The notes under the pieces were generated by a model. It saw only the letters and a list, made by a program, of their open reading frames with translations. It was not told where the DNA came from and searched no databases. Shown piece by piece: positions 37,258-47,100 of a DNA stretch of 64,000 bases. Numbering within the stretch: position 1 is the first letter of the stretch; each line of letters starts with the position of its first letter. Source of the DNA: Planctomycetota bacterium (GTDB lineage Bacteria > Planctomycetota > UBA1135 > GCA-002686595). The stretch lies in NCBI GenBank assembly GCA_002686945.1, contig NYYZ01000044.1:18801-82800 (forward strand), read 5' to 3'. The translations under genes and the position numbers were made by a program.

Positions 37258-39921
37258 TTGAGCGACAAGACACGCATTCACGAACTCGCAAAGTCCTACG
37301 GCATGCCCGGAAAGGACTTGGCAAGCAAACTGCGCGAGAATGGCTTCGTCCAAGCCAGGTCGCACATGTCTGCCCTCGACTCGATCGAGCTGCTACAAGC
37401 CAAGGGCCTGCTGGCCGCCATAGGCATCACTGAGGTCCGGACGGACACGGCGCCGGTCAAGGCAAAGGTCACGGAAAACGCCACGCCCCTGCTCAGACGC
37501 AAGAAAAAGAAGGCCAGCACCAATGCCCCCGCGGACGAAGCCCCCAATGCGCCCTCGGCTGGACCAGAAGTGCAGACTGCCCCCGAGCCAGCTCAAGCAG
37601 AGGTAACCAGCAGCCCAGCCCCGGAATCCGAGGCGGAGGTCAGCACTCCCCCTGAGCCCGAAGCAAGACCTGAGGAGCCAGCTTCTGAGCAGGAACCGGC
37701 CCCCACGCCCGTTCCTGCGGCAGAGGAACCCACGACTGACCCCGCCGACGCTGGATCAGGCGATGATTCTCCACAAACAGCTCCACCTGTTGAGGCCCCG
37801 ACTGCCAAGAGTGCAGAGCCGCAACCCCGAGGCAAGATTGTCGGTCGCATCGACCCAGCCACCCTGGCGGCCCAAGCAGAGCCCCAGCGCAAGCGCGAGG
37901 GCCGCCGTCTGCTCAACCAGGACGATGCCACCCCTGACGTTCACCCTACCTTTGGACGCGGCAAGGGAACCCCAGGCCAAACCACCGGTCCCCGAGGGGG
38001 CATGACCGCCACCCAGTTGCGCGAGCGCGAACAGGGCCGCTTCCTGCGTCGCAACCGCCAATCCGGTGTCCAGGGCCAACGCCGCACAGGAGGCCGTGGG
38101 CGCCCGGCTTTGGTGACCGAGTCCCCCTTGACGGGCGAGACGGTTTCGATCGAGATGCCGATCACCATGAGCAAGCTGGCAGAGACCCTTAAGCTCAAGG
38201 CTGCGGTGGTTCAGAAGATGGCCATGCAGAAACAGTACGGCATGTTCACTTTGAACTCTGCCATCGACGAGGACACGGCGGTGCTGTTGGCCACAGAATA
38301 CGAGGTGGAACTCCGCGTACAGCACGAAGTCTCAGCGGAACAGACGCACCTGGAAGACATCAAGGCCAAGCGTTCGGGACTTGAAGGAGACGACCTGGTG
38401 AACCGCCCTCCCACCCTGGCCTTCCTAGGTCATGTGGACCACGGCAAGACCACCCTGGTGGACAAGATCCGCGCAACCAAGGTGGCAGACGGGGAAGCCG
38501 GCGGCATAACCCAGCATATCGGCGCATACCAGGTCACAACCTCCAACAAGAATTCGGTGACCATCGTCGACACCCCCGGACACCAGGCCTTCAGCTCCAT
38601 GCGCGCCCGCGGGGCTCAGGCTGTAGACGTGGTGGTGCTGGTGGTCGCCGGCGATGATGGAGTCAAACCCAGCACCGAAGAAGCCGTGGCCCACGCACGG
38701 GCAGCCGAAACGCCGATCATTGTTGCGGTCAACAAGCTGGACAAGCCCGAGTACGACTTCAACCGCACCGTGCAGCAGTTGATGAAATTCGATCTGACCC
38801 CGGAAGACTACGGCGGACAGACTGCATACTTCCAAACCAGCGGCATAACCGGTGAGGGCATCGAGGAGATGCTCGACCACGCATTCCTGATGGCAGAGGC
38901 CGAACTGGGGCTCAAGGCACACCAGAGCGGGCCCGCCAGTGGAGTGGTGCTGGAAGCCGAAGTCCAGCAGGGCCGAGGCATCGTAGCTCACCTCTTGGTT
39001 CAGGACGGAACCCTGAATCAGGGCGACGTGATCCTGGCAGGCGAAGGCTACGGCAAGGTCAAGTCCATCTCGAGCGACCTAAACAAGCAGGTCAAGTCCG
39101 CCGGACCGAGTACTCCGGTAGCGGTCATGGGTCTTGATGCCCTGCCTGGAGTTGGCGACAAGTTCCACGTGATCGAAGCCCTTTCCAAAGCCAAGGAAAT
39201 CGCGCAAGAGCGCGAGCGCCGCAACCGCGCCTCTTTCCTGGCAGCCAGCACGGGCCCCAATCCAGAACTGGAGGCGATCCTGGGCAAGGAGCCCCTGCTT
39301 GAAAAGACCAACATCAACCTGATCGTACGCGCCGATGTGCAAGGATCAGTGGAAGTCATTCGCCATGAGGTAGCGAAACTCGACCACGAAGAGGTTGCGG
39401 TCAAACTGGTCCATGCGGGCGTGGGCCAGATCACCGAAAGCGATGTGGAACTGGCGGAAGCCTCCGGCGCCACCTTGGTGGCCTTCCACACAGGCATCCC
39501 GGGCACTATCCGCAAGGAAGCAGAACGCCGCAAGATCATAGTTCGCCGTTACGACGTGATCTATGAGTTGCTCGACCAACTGCGCGACCTGATGGAAGGC
39601 ACTCTCTCGCCGGAGATGCAAGAGGAAATCATCGCACATGCGGAGGTCAAGGCCTTGTTCAAGTCCTCCAAAATCGGCGTCATCGCCGGATGCGGCATTA
39701 CCGACGGAACCCTCAAGCGCAACCACAAAATACGCGTCCTGCGCGACGGAACTGTGGTGCACACTGGCAGCATCGAATCTCTTCGTCGCGAGAAAGACGA
39801 CGCCCGAGAAGTCCGCGAAGGATTTGAGTGCGGCATCGTACTCGCGAATTTCCGCGATCTACGCGAAGGCGATGTGATCGAAGCGTTCGTCATCAACGAG
39901 ATCAAGCGTACCCTCGCTTGA
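37258..39921 (+). CDS. infB: Translation initiation factor IF-2
   Basis: The G domain ([24 protein letters not shown]) and the IF2 C-terminal domains are present. TTG 37258 gives the canonical N-terminus (M)[18 protein letters not shown] 37225 is the alternative. No ATG is available. Confidence 0.9.
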   Translation: MSDKTRIHELAKSYGMPGKDLASKLRENGFVQARSHMSALDSIELLQAKGLLAAIGITEVRTDTAPVKAKVTENATPLLRRKKKKASTNAPADEAPNAPSAGPEVQTAPEPAQAEVTSSPAPESEAEVSTPPEPEARPEEPASEQEPAPTPVPAAEEPTTDPADAGSGDDSPQTAPPVEAPTAKSAEPQPRGKIVGRIDPATLAAQAEPQRKREGRRLLNQDDATPDVHPTFGRGKGTPGQTTGPRGGMTATQLREREQGRFLRRNRQSGVQGQRRTGGRGRPALVTESPLTGETVSIEMPITMSKLAETLKLKAAVVQKMAMQKQYGMFTLNSAIDEDTAVLLATEYEVELRVQHEVSAEQTHLEDIKAKRSGLEGDDLVNRPPTLAFLGHVDHGKTTLVDKIRATKVADGEAGGITQHIGAYQVTTSNKNSVTIVDTPGHQAFSSMRARGAQAVDVVVLVVAGDDGVKPSTEEAVAHARAAETPIIVAVNKLDKPEYDFNRTVQQLMKFDLTPEDYGGQTAYFQTSGITGEGIEEMLDHAFLMAEAELGLKAHQSGPASGVVLEAEVQQGRGIVAHLLVQDGTLNQGDVILAGEGYGKVKSISSDLNKQVKSAGPSTPVAVMGLDALPGVGDKFHVIEALSKAKEIAQERERRNRASFLAASTGPNPELEAILGKEPLLEKTNINLIVRADVQGSVEVIRHEVAKLDHEEVAVKLVHAGVGQITESDVELAEASGATLVAFHTGIPGTIRKEAERRKIIVRRYDVIYELLDQLRDLMEGTLSPEMQEEIIAHAEVKALFKSSKIGVIAGCGITDGTLKRNHKIRVLRDGTVVHTGSIESLRREKDDAREVREGFECGIVLANFRDLREGDVIEAFVINEIKRTLA

Positions 39922-39944
39922 TTCCAACAGCGGCCCAGCAACCC

Positions 39945-40451
39945 ATGGCCAACCAGAGGACCATTGCGCGAATCGAGGGCGCCATCAAGAGGCGTGTGGC
40001 CCACTGCCTGCAATTTGAGGTGGCGGACCCGCGGGCGGGCTTTGTGACCATCATCGCTGCGGAACTGACCCCGGACCTTGCCAAGGTCACCGTACGCTGG
40101 AGCGTGCTCGATCCCGAGGAAGAGCGGGTGCGCGTAGAGAAAATGCTTGAGCACGCGCGCGGCTTCGTACAACGCAAGATGGGTCGCGTGCTCTCCCTCA
40201 GGCGCATGCCACGCCTGGAGTGGAAATACGATGACACCGGCATCGAAGCTGCACGCATGGATCTGCTGATCAGGGATGCCTTGACGAAGGACGCAAACGT
40301 GCGCGGCGACACGCCAGAGACGGTCACAGATAATGAGCATTCACACAACCACACGCCGACATTGGACGTCCCAAGCGGTAGGCCCGACGAGGCCCCCACG
40401 CCTATCGACGACACAACCGGCTCCCCTCCCCCGGGGACCCAGCAGGACTAG
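39945..40451 (+). CDS. rbfA: Ribosome-binding factor A with an acidic/Pro-rich C-terminal extension
   Basis: RIEGAIKRRVAHCLQFEVADPR..VTIIAAELTPDLAKVTVRWSVL is present, in canonical position after infB. ATG 39945 was chosen. Confidence 0.88.
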   Translation: MANQRTIARIEGAIKRRVAHCLQFEVADPRAGFVTIIAAELTPDLAKVTVRWSVLDPEEERVRVEKMLEHARGFVQRKMGRVLSLRRMPRLEWKYDDTGIEAARMDLLIRDALTKDANVRGDTPETVTDNEHSHNHTPTLDVPSGRPDEAPTPIDDTTGSPPPGTQQD

Positions 40452-40454
40452 ACC

Positions 40455-43400
40455 ATGCAAGAGCCGGCTTTGATCCAGATCGGCTCCCTTGGAAAAGGCA
40501 CCAGCGGCCAGGTCTTGCACGCCAAACTGCTCGCGCCCCTGGGAGACTACGAAGCGGGAACAGAGGTGGCTCAGAAGAGGCCGCTCACCGCCGCAGGCGC
40601 ACGGAGTATCCAACGGGAGCAACTAGTCCTGGCTGGAGTCCAAGCCCCCAACTTGCAAGTCAGCCTGGGTCTGTTCGAAGACCAGGAAGGTCCCTTCCTG
40701 TTGACCCGCTTCATCGAGGGTCCAACCATCGCAGACCTGATTGCACAAGGGCCAATGGAGGACGAGCCCCTTCGGCGGGTGGGAAGAGACCTGGCCCAAG
40801 CTCTTGCCGCGCTGCACACTGCCGGCTGGCTGCATGGAGATCTGGCCCCCGCCAACGGACGCCAAGATCCAGAAGCCCGCACGATTTTGCTGGACCTGGG
40901 CTTCGCCGAGCGCACGGATGCCAAAGCCTCCTCCCGCGGGACCCCCGCCTACCTTTCGCCGGAGGAAGCCCGTGCTGCTCCCAAGACCTGCGCCTCGGAA
41001 ATCTACTCCCTGGGTTTGATCCTCTGGGAACTCGCCACTTCCAGTCATCCCCTCTCCCCGGACGGCCGTGCCTCAAATGTACAAGAGGAGGCTCTGACCG
41101 ACGCGGTTCATCTGCTGCCCAGCGCCCGCAATCCGCGCCTGGCCCCGGACCTGGATGAGTTGCTCGGACTGATGCTCGACGAGGAACCGAGCGCTCGCCC
41201 CACCGCGCAGGAGGTTGCCCGTTGGCTCGACAACCCTCCCCCCCCGCACGCCTGGGGTGAAGATCCCTGGGCCGCCCGGGACTGTCTGCCATTTGTTGGG
41301 CATAGGGAGGAAATGGCGCAGTTGCATCAGGCCTGGGAGTCCGCCAGCGCGGGCCAAGGAGCACTGGTCTGGCTCGAAGCCGACCGGGGCCTGGGAAAAA
41401 CACGCCTGATGGAAGAGTTCGTGCGGTCCCTGCGACGCGGTCCAAGTCCCGCAACCTACCTCGCGGTGCGCTGCGCAGCGGCACTCGAAGGCCGACCCAC
41501 ACACCCGATCCGAACCCTGCTGCGACGCTGGCTGGCCCTGGGACGCCACACTCCTGCCAGTCCGCGGGAGAGCAGACTGCTCGCATCCAGGACGACGTCC
41601 CATGTGGCAGCTGCCCTGGCCCAGACCCTCGATCCCGGGGCCGCCGCTCTGCCCCAGATGGAAATCACCCTGCTGTCTCATTGGCTCATCCGCACCGCAG
41701 GCAGCAGCCCCATGGTCATCCTGGTGGACGAACTACAACATGCTGGAGAGGCAACCCTGGCAGTGCTCTCGCGCCTGATCGATGTCCTGCCAGGACTGCC
41801 CCTCTTACTGGTCCTGGGGACACGCGCTCCAGAAAGCTCCCCAAACAAGGCCATAGCAGCCCTGGCGGCACGTGCAAGAGAAGCGCTCCCCCATATTCGA
41901 ATGCGCCTGTCGCCCCTGGACATAAAGAGCATCAAGGAACTGATTGATCTTACATTCGCGGGCAGCGTCCCAGCCGAGCGTCTCGCGCAGGCGCTGCAGA
42001 AACGAACCGAGGGACGACCCACTCGCATCGACGCCCTGATCAAGCAAGCCCTTCTCACCGGACTGATGCGTGTTCATGCGGGAGGTGGTTTGGAACTGGT
42101 GGGGGACATCGAAGACCTGCCCCACATGCAGGGGCGCATTCCCGACCTGCAAGCCCGCTTGACCAGCATGGACCCCGAGGCTCGCAACTGGATAGAACGC
42201 ATCGCAGTGGATGGCTCCGTCGCCCGGACCGAGCGGCTTGCCCAGGGTGCAACCCGCGATGAAGTGCGCGCTGCCATCGCCCTGTTGTTGCGTGAAAACT
42301 GGCTGGAGCAAGGACCTGAGGGCCCGGCCTTCGCGAGCAGCACGATTCGTGACGGAGTGCTGACTGCCATTCCCCATGCCAGGCGCAGGGAGCTTCACAG
42401 TCAGGCGGCAGATGCTCTGGCAAATGAGTCCGGATCTGGCCGTGCCTTCGAACGAGCCTTCCACCTCAAAGCCGCAGACCGGAAAGAAGATTTGCTGCAA
42501 CTCGTCTTGGAGTTGCTGCCCAAGGCTCAGGCCCTTGGTCATCCAGCACGGGTGCTTGTGCTGGTGGAGTGGGCTCTTGAAGGCAGCGCCCCTCCCCACC
42601 AGGAAGGGCAGCAAATTTCAGCCCATCAGGCCCTGGAACTGCACGCCGCCGCTGCAGAAGCAGCTGGGGGCCTGGGCCGCAGGCAACAGGAGAGCCAACA
42701 CCTGGATGCTCTGGTGGAACTTCCCTTAGACAGCAAACGAAATCCCACCGAAGTGGCCCGGGTCTACCTGCTGCACGGACACGCAGCGGCAGACACGGGG
42801 CGCGCAGGCCTTGCCCGCGGCTATCTGCGTAACGCAGCGCGCCTTGGACTGCCTGGCAAGCAAGCGGATCTGACTGCTGAAGCCCTCAGGCGCCTGGCAG
42901 AGATCGAGTTGGCCACGGGGAATCAAGAAAAGGCCCTGAAGCTGGCGCGCCGAGCCCGCTCCCGAGCCCACTCCCCCCTGGTGGGCTTGAAAGCCCTGCT
43001 GATCAAAGGTCTGATTGCTCTGCTGCAAGATCGGCCAACGCGTGCGCGAGCCCACGCCCGGGCGATTCTCAAACGCTGCGACAAAACCCCGGACACCCCC
43101 GCTCGAGCCGAAGTCGAAGCCCGTGCTTTGATTCTCAAGGCTCGCTGTCATTCCGCCATGGGAGATCCGGAAACGGCCTTGCCCCTCCTGCAGTCCGCCC
43201 TGCAAGCCGCAGAACAAGCGGGTCAACGGGCCCTGGAGGCCGAAGCCCACGCGCGTCTGGGTCGCGTGCTGATCGACCTGGACCAAGATCAAGCTGCAGA
43301 ACAATCACTGCGCGAGGGCCAGCTGATCGCCCAGGAGATTCGCATGGGCCAGGGCGAAGTTCTTGCGCGCCTTTTTCTTGGGACCCTTTTGATGGAGCAA

Positions 43401-43826
43401 GACCGAGGCCTCGGTGCGCGCCTGGTGAAGCAAGCTCTTGAGCGCGCCTGTGCCCTGGGATTGGTACGCGCCGAGTCCCTGGCCCAAGCAATCTGGGCCC
43501 GGGTACTCCGTACAGGAGACCACCCCAAGGAAGCCGCCGAAGCCGCGCGAGCAGCGCTGAATTCCCTCCAGCGGGTTGGCGCTGAACTCTGCGACCGCAT
43601 TGTGATCGTGGGCACCCACCAATTGATCATCGATCCCGAAGGAAGCGGAGACGAGTCCAGGAAGAGGTCGAGGGACTTGGAGCAGCGTATCGCCAGGGTC
43701 AGCCGAGCCGCCAGTCGTGGAGCGAACCGCGCGCGTATGAAAGCCAGCCTCGAATCCCTGAAGCGAGCGGTGGAGAACCCAGAAGGCCCCCTCTACCCCC
43801 GACGCGGGAGACAGACCGAGGACTAG
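40455..43826 (+). CDS. Ser/Thr protein-kinase-like domain + AAA (P-loop) ATPase + TPR-like repeats (STAND-type regulator, 1123 aa)
   Basis: Kinase subdomains have variant motifs (HGDLAPAN, DLGFA, GTPAYLSPEE). The P-loop is EADRGLGKTRLMEEF. A long helical/TPR C-terminal half follows. Confidence 0.75.
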   Translation: MQEPALIQIGSLGKGTSGQVLHAKLLAPLGDYEAGTEVAQKRPLTAAGARSIQREQLVLAGVQAPNLQVSLGLFEDQEGPFLLTRFIEGPTIADLIAQGPMEDEPLRRVGRDLAQALAALHTAGWLHGDLAPANGRQDPEARTILLDLGFAERTDAKASSRGTPAYLSPEEARAAPKTCASEIYSLGLILWELATSSHPLSPDGRASNVQEEALTDAVHLLPSARNPRLAPDLDELLGLMLDEEPSARPTAQEVARWLDNPPPPHAWGEDPWAARDCLPFVGHREEMAQLHQAWESASAGQGALVWLEADRGLGKTRLMEEFVRSLRRGPSPATYLAVRCAAALEGRPTHPIRTLLRRWLALGRHTPASPRESRLLASRTTSHVAAALAQTLDPGAAALPQMEITLLSHWLIRTAGSSPMVILVDELQHAGEATLAVLSRLIDVLPGLPLLLVLGTRAPESSPNKAIAALAARAREALPHIRMRLSPLDIKSIKELIDLTFAGSVPAERLAQALQKRTEGRPTRIDALIKQALLTGLMRVHAGGGLELVGDIEDLPHMQGRIPDLQARLTSMDPEARNWIERIAVDGSVARTERLAQGATRDEVRAAIALLLRENWLEQGPEGPAFASSTIRDGVLTAIPHARRRELHSQAADALANESGSGRAFERAFHLKAADRKEDLLQLVLELLPKAQALGHPARVLVLVEWALEGSAPPHQEGQQISAHQALELHAAAAEAAGGLGRRQQESQHLDALVELPLDSKRNPTEVARVYLLHGHAAADTGRAGLARGYLRNAARLGLPGKQADLTAEALRRLAEIELATGNQEKALKLARRARSRAHSPLVGLKALLIKGLIALLQDRPTRARAHARAILKRCDKTPDTPARAEVEARALILKARCHSAMGDPETALPLLQSALQAAEQAGQRALEAEAHARLGRVLIDLDQDQAAEQSLREGQLIAQEIRMGQGEVLARLFLGTLLMEQDRGLGARLVKQALERACALGLVRAESLAQAIWARVLRTGDHPKEAAEAARAALNSLQRVGAELCDRIVIVGTHQLIIDPEGSGDESRKRSRDLEQRIARVSRAASRGANRARMKASLESLKRAVENPEGPLYPRRGRQTED

Positions 43827-43975
43827 GGCCAGGCCGGCCCCTCCTTAGACCCTACGAGGGCCAGGGAAGGGCTATTTCGACACCCAACGGGGCCAGTACG
43901 CGCAGACGCGAGGCCCAGGGGTGGGAAAATCCAAGGTCTGACTCAGCGAGAACCTGCTCCTTTTGCGAATTCCGT

Positions 43976-44000
43976 ATTGATAATGAGACGCAGTCGCAAT
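43976..44000 (+). promoter_or_regulatory. AT-rich imperfect inverted repeat / weak Fur-box-like element upstream of apbE
   Basis: ATTGATAATGAGACGCAGTCGCAAT has ATTGnnA ... TnnCAAT arms. Its core GATAATGAGACGCAGTCGC matches 13 of 19 positions of GATAATGATAATCATTATC by hand count. It is an AT-rich island in GC-rich DNA, ending 14 nt before ATG 44015. Confidence 0.2.
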
Positions 44001-44014
44001 AAACTCCTGCACCC

Positions 44015-45202
44015 ATGGACCGCAAGACCCCCAAACCTGCAAACCTCAGAACCGCCAGGGCCCGGTCAGCCCTGGCCAGAGCGGCGTTTGCACTGACGGC
44101 TCATCCACCCCTGGAAGTCAATCGAAGCGTGTCTTTGGCAACCCGTTCGTTCGTAGCTGGCTGGGTTCTAGCTGGCCTTGCTTCGGGAAGTATCCCAGCC
44201 CGCACAAACCTCACAACCCAAGGACAAACCGCCTCCCGTTCCTCCGGTGCCTGCGTAGAACGCCAATTGGGCGTAATGGGAACCGGCCTGGAAATCGTGG
44301 TCTGGGCCCCGCAACGCAGCACCGGTTTGACCGCGAGCGAAGCGGGGGTGCGGGCGTTGGAAGAAACCGAAAAGCGGCTCTCCACCTGGCAAAAGGGAAG
44401 CGAGTTCTCCTCACTCAACCGCGCCACACTGGGCAGTTGGCAAGACCTCTCCCCTACCACCGCCGAGGACCTCAAGCGTGCCCTTGACCTTGCGCGCGCC
44501 ACCAACGGGTTGTTTGACCCAACCCTTGGACACCTTGTCCAGGCCTGGGACCTGCGTGGTGAGGGACGCCTGCCTTCGGCAGTGGAACTCGAAACGGCCC
44601 GATCAAAGTGCGGCTACCAAGGCATCGAATTCGATGGCACCAGGTTCCGGCGCACCCAAGATGTGCTCCTCGAAGAAGGAGCCTTCGGCAAGGGAGCGGG
44701 TCTCGATCGAGCGGCTAGCGCCCTCATGGCAGCCGGAGCACAGGCAGCCAGTTTCAATCTAGGGGGCCAGTGGCTCTTCGTCGGCCCCGGAGACTGGTCC
44801 GTGCAACTTGCCCACCCCGCCCATCGCACAGAAGCGGTGCTCGGCCTGCGCCTGCCCCCGGGATCAATGGCCACCTCCGCCAACTCCGAGCGCATGCTCA
44901 AGCTCCGCGATGGTGAAGTGGGCCATCTGCTCGACCCGCGCACAGGCATTCCAAGCGGCAAGACCCATTCGGTCAGCGTTTGGGCCAAGAGCGCCCTGGT
45001 GGCGGACGCCCTCTCCACAGCCATCTTCATCGACCCCTCAAGAGCTGCGGAATTCGCACAGCGGTTTGATGCGGAGGTCATTCTGCTCAGGACCACTGGG
45101 ACAGGTCTCACAGCAAGCATCACGCCGGGTCTGGTCAAGGTCTCTGATCCTCTGACCCCAAACCTGCAAATCATTCCTCTCGTTTATCAACAAAGTCACT
45201 AA
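44015..45202 (+). CDS. apbE: FAD:protein FMN transferase (ApbE family flavinyl transferase)
   Basis: MGTGLEIVVWA, FDPTLGHLVQAWD, GAFGKGAGLDRA, ATSANSER, HLLDPRTGIP and ADALSTAIFI are collinear with ApbE. An N-terminal hydrophobic anchor is present. The true start may be downstream of 44015. Confidence 0.85.
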   Translation: MDRKTPKPANLRTARARSALARAAFALTAHPPLEVNRSVSLATRSFVAGWVLAGLASGSIPARTNLTTQGQTASRSSGACVERQLGVMGTGLEIVVWAPQRSTGLTASEAGVRALEETEKRLSTWQKGSEFSSLNRATLGSWQDLSPTTAEDLKRALDLARATNGLFDPTLGHLVQAWDLRGEGRLPSAVELETARSKCGYQGIEFDGTRFRRTQDVLLEEGAFGKGAGLDRAASALMAAGAQAASFNLGGQWLFVGPGDWSVQLAHPAHRTEAVLGLRLPPGSMATSANSERMLKLRDGEVGHLLDPRTGIPSGKTHSVSVWAKSALVADALSTAIFIDPSRAAEFAQRFDAEVILLRTTGTGLTASITPGLVKVSDPLTPNLQIIPLVYQQSH

Positions 45203-45220
45203 GTAACCACCCAAGAACGA

Positions 45221-46453
45221 ATGTCTCTGCTCCTACTCTCTCTTGTTCTTCCGCTGCCCCAGGATCAGGTCAGCGATCGTCTCGATGCCCTGGCCCGAGA
45301 AAACCAAGTCCTCAACGCCAAGATCGAAGCCCTGGCCGACGAGCTTGAGCGGCGAGACCTGGGCGAGCTGGCCCCCTCCGAACTGACCCGTGTGGCAGGC
45401 ATGGGGCACTCCGCGTCCCGGGTTTACTCCAATGACCATGGCACCAGCGTAGGAGGCTATGGAGAGTTCCTCTACAACCTGCCCGCTGGCGCGGGCAACA
45501 CCTTTGACGCCTTGCGCGGAGTGCTCTATGTGGGCCACCGCTTCACTGAAAACTGGTTGGTCAACACCGAAATCGAATTCGAGCACGGCAGCACCTCCAA
45601 GTCTGGCAGTGCTTCATTGGAATTCGGCTACTTGGAGTATCTTGCGAGCGAATCCTTCGCCCTGCGCGCGGGTCTGCTGCTGGTGCCCATGGGTCTGGTC
45701 AACGAAAACCACGAACCCACCGCCTACCTGCCAGTCAGTCGCCCCAAGGTCGAGCAGCGGCTCATGCCGTCCACCTGGCGCGAGATGGGCCTGGGTGCCT
45801 GGGGTCGCAAGGACAACCTTGAGTGGCGCACCTATGTGGTCAACGGCCTGAGCGGAGCAAACTTCGACGACTCGGGTCTACGCGGCGGTCGCCAGAAAGG
45901 CAGCAAGGCGGACGCAGAGGATCTGGCTTTTGTGGAGCGAGTGGACTGGCACGCTTTCCCCGGCCTGACCGTTGGAGGGTCGTTCTATTTGGGAAACTCT
46001 GCGGGCAACAACGAGAACCTGGGAGGCTCCCTGGGAACGCAAATCATCGAATTGCACGCCACCTGGCAGGAGGGACCATGGCGCCTTCAGGCCCTGGCTG
46101 CCCAGGCGGAAATAGATGGGGCCCAGGCCTTCAACCAGAGCTTCATCGACGATCCCGAACTGGACAACCCGAACCTGGCCAATACCCTGCGTGGCGCCTA
46201 CCTGCAATTGGGATACAACATCTTGGCCAGCAGCGAGAGTTCCATGGCTCTCTCCCCTTATGTCCGCTTCGAGACCCTGGACACCCAGGCGGATCTGCCC
46301 TCGAACGCGGTGGCTGATCCCCGTTTCGATGAGGACATCGTGACCGTCGGTCTCGCCCTTGAGCCCACAGACGGGGTGATCATCAAGCTGGACTATGCCC
46401 GCAGCGACGAGAACTCTGACCGCACGGCCCTGTTGATCGGATACTCCTTCTGA
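45221..46453 (+). CDS. Outer-membrane beta-barrel (porin-like) protein with an N-terminal coiled-coil segment
   Basis: The N-terminus is hydrophobic. A coiled coil follows (RLDALARENQVLNAKIEALADELERRDL). Alternating amphipathic beta strands with aromatic girdle residues come next. The terminal residues are LLIGYSF, with the aromatic C-terminus typical of OMPs. Confidence 0.6.
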   Translation: MSLLLLSLVLPLPQDQVSDRLDALARENQVLNAKIEALADELERRDLGELAPSELTRVAGMGHSASRVYSNDHGTSVGGYGEFLYNLPAGAGNTFDALRGVLYVGHRFTENWLVNTEIEFEHGSTSKSGSASLEFGYLEYLASESFALRAGLLLVPMGLVNENHEPTAYLPVSRPKVEQRLMPSTWREMGLGAWGRKDNLEWRTYVVNGLSGANFDDSGLRGGRQKGSKADAEDLAFVERVDWHAFPGLTVGGSFYLGNSAGNNENLGGSLGTQIIELHATWQEGPWRLQALAAQAEIDGAQAFNQSFIDDPELDNPNLANTLRGAYLQLGYNILASSESSMALSPYVRFETLDTQADLPSNAVADPRFDEDIVTVGLALEPTDGVIIKLDYARSDENSDRTALLIGYSF

Positions 46454-47100
46454 TGGGAAACATGTCTGTGATCATCTGCCTGTTGCTCAGCTTCAGCGGC
46501 AGCGGCGGAACACCTTCCATGGGTCATCCAGATCCAGCACGCGTACAGCAGCCTGGGCCAAGCGCGCCGTTGACCTCCCATGAGAAGCGCCAGCCAACCA
46601 AACTGCTCACCGTGGACGAAGCCTTGGCTCTTTGCTTCCCCAAGTGCAAGACCACCCGTGGTACCAAGTTCCTTTCCCCAACAGAGGTCAAGCAGATCGC
46701 AAGGCTCTCAGGATCAAAGGACATCTCACGCATCGCCCATCCCTATCAAGCCCATGACTCACAAGGTGCCCTGGTCGGCACCGCCTGGTTTGACACGCAC
46801 CGGGTGCGCAGCAAGCGCGAGACCCTGATGATTGCCATCGATCCTCAGGGCAAGATCCTGCGCATTGAGGTGCTGGCCTTCGCGGAACCGCGTCAATACC
46901 GGCCCCCCGCCAAGTGGTACGGCCAGTTCAAGGGAGAACGCCTCTCCCCCAAACTCACCCCCAAGGGCAACATCAAGACAATGGCCGGGGCGACCCTGAC
47001 CACGCGCGCAACGGTTCAGTCCGCCCGCCGGGCCCTGGCCCTGCAGCAGGTCCTGGACGCTCGCAACCCCAAGCCCAGCCCAGTTGGGGCCACAAAGTGA
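46453..47100 (+). CDS. Periplasmic FMN-binding-domain protein (NqrC/RnfG/NosR-type, ApbE substrate candidate)
   Basis: The start overlaps the upstream stop (TGATG). A signal peptide is present. The flavinylation-type motif is IKTMAGATLTTRAT, compared with the [S/T]GA[T/S] consensus. Confidence 0.7.
   Translation: MGNMSVIICLLLSFSGSGGTPSMGHPDPARVQQPGPSAPLTSHEKRQPTKLLTVDEALALCFPKCKTTRGTKFLSPTEVKQIARLSGSKDISRIAHPYQAHDSQGALVGTAWFDTHRVRSKRETLMIAIDPQGKILRIEVLAFAEPRQYRPPAKWYGQFKGERLSPKLTPKGNIKTMAGATLTTRATVQSARRALALQQVLDARNPKPSPVGATK

Noticed and set aside
43979-43997. Fur box upstream of apbE.
   Set aside because: Only 13 of 19 positions match the E. coli consensus by hand count, and the consensus for this lineage is unknown. 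I kept it only as a low-confidence AT-rich inverted repeat, not as a Fur site call.
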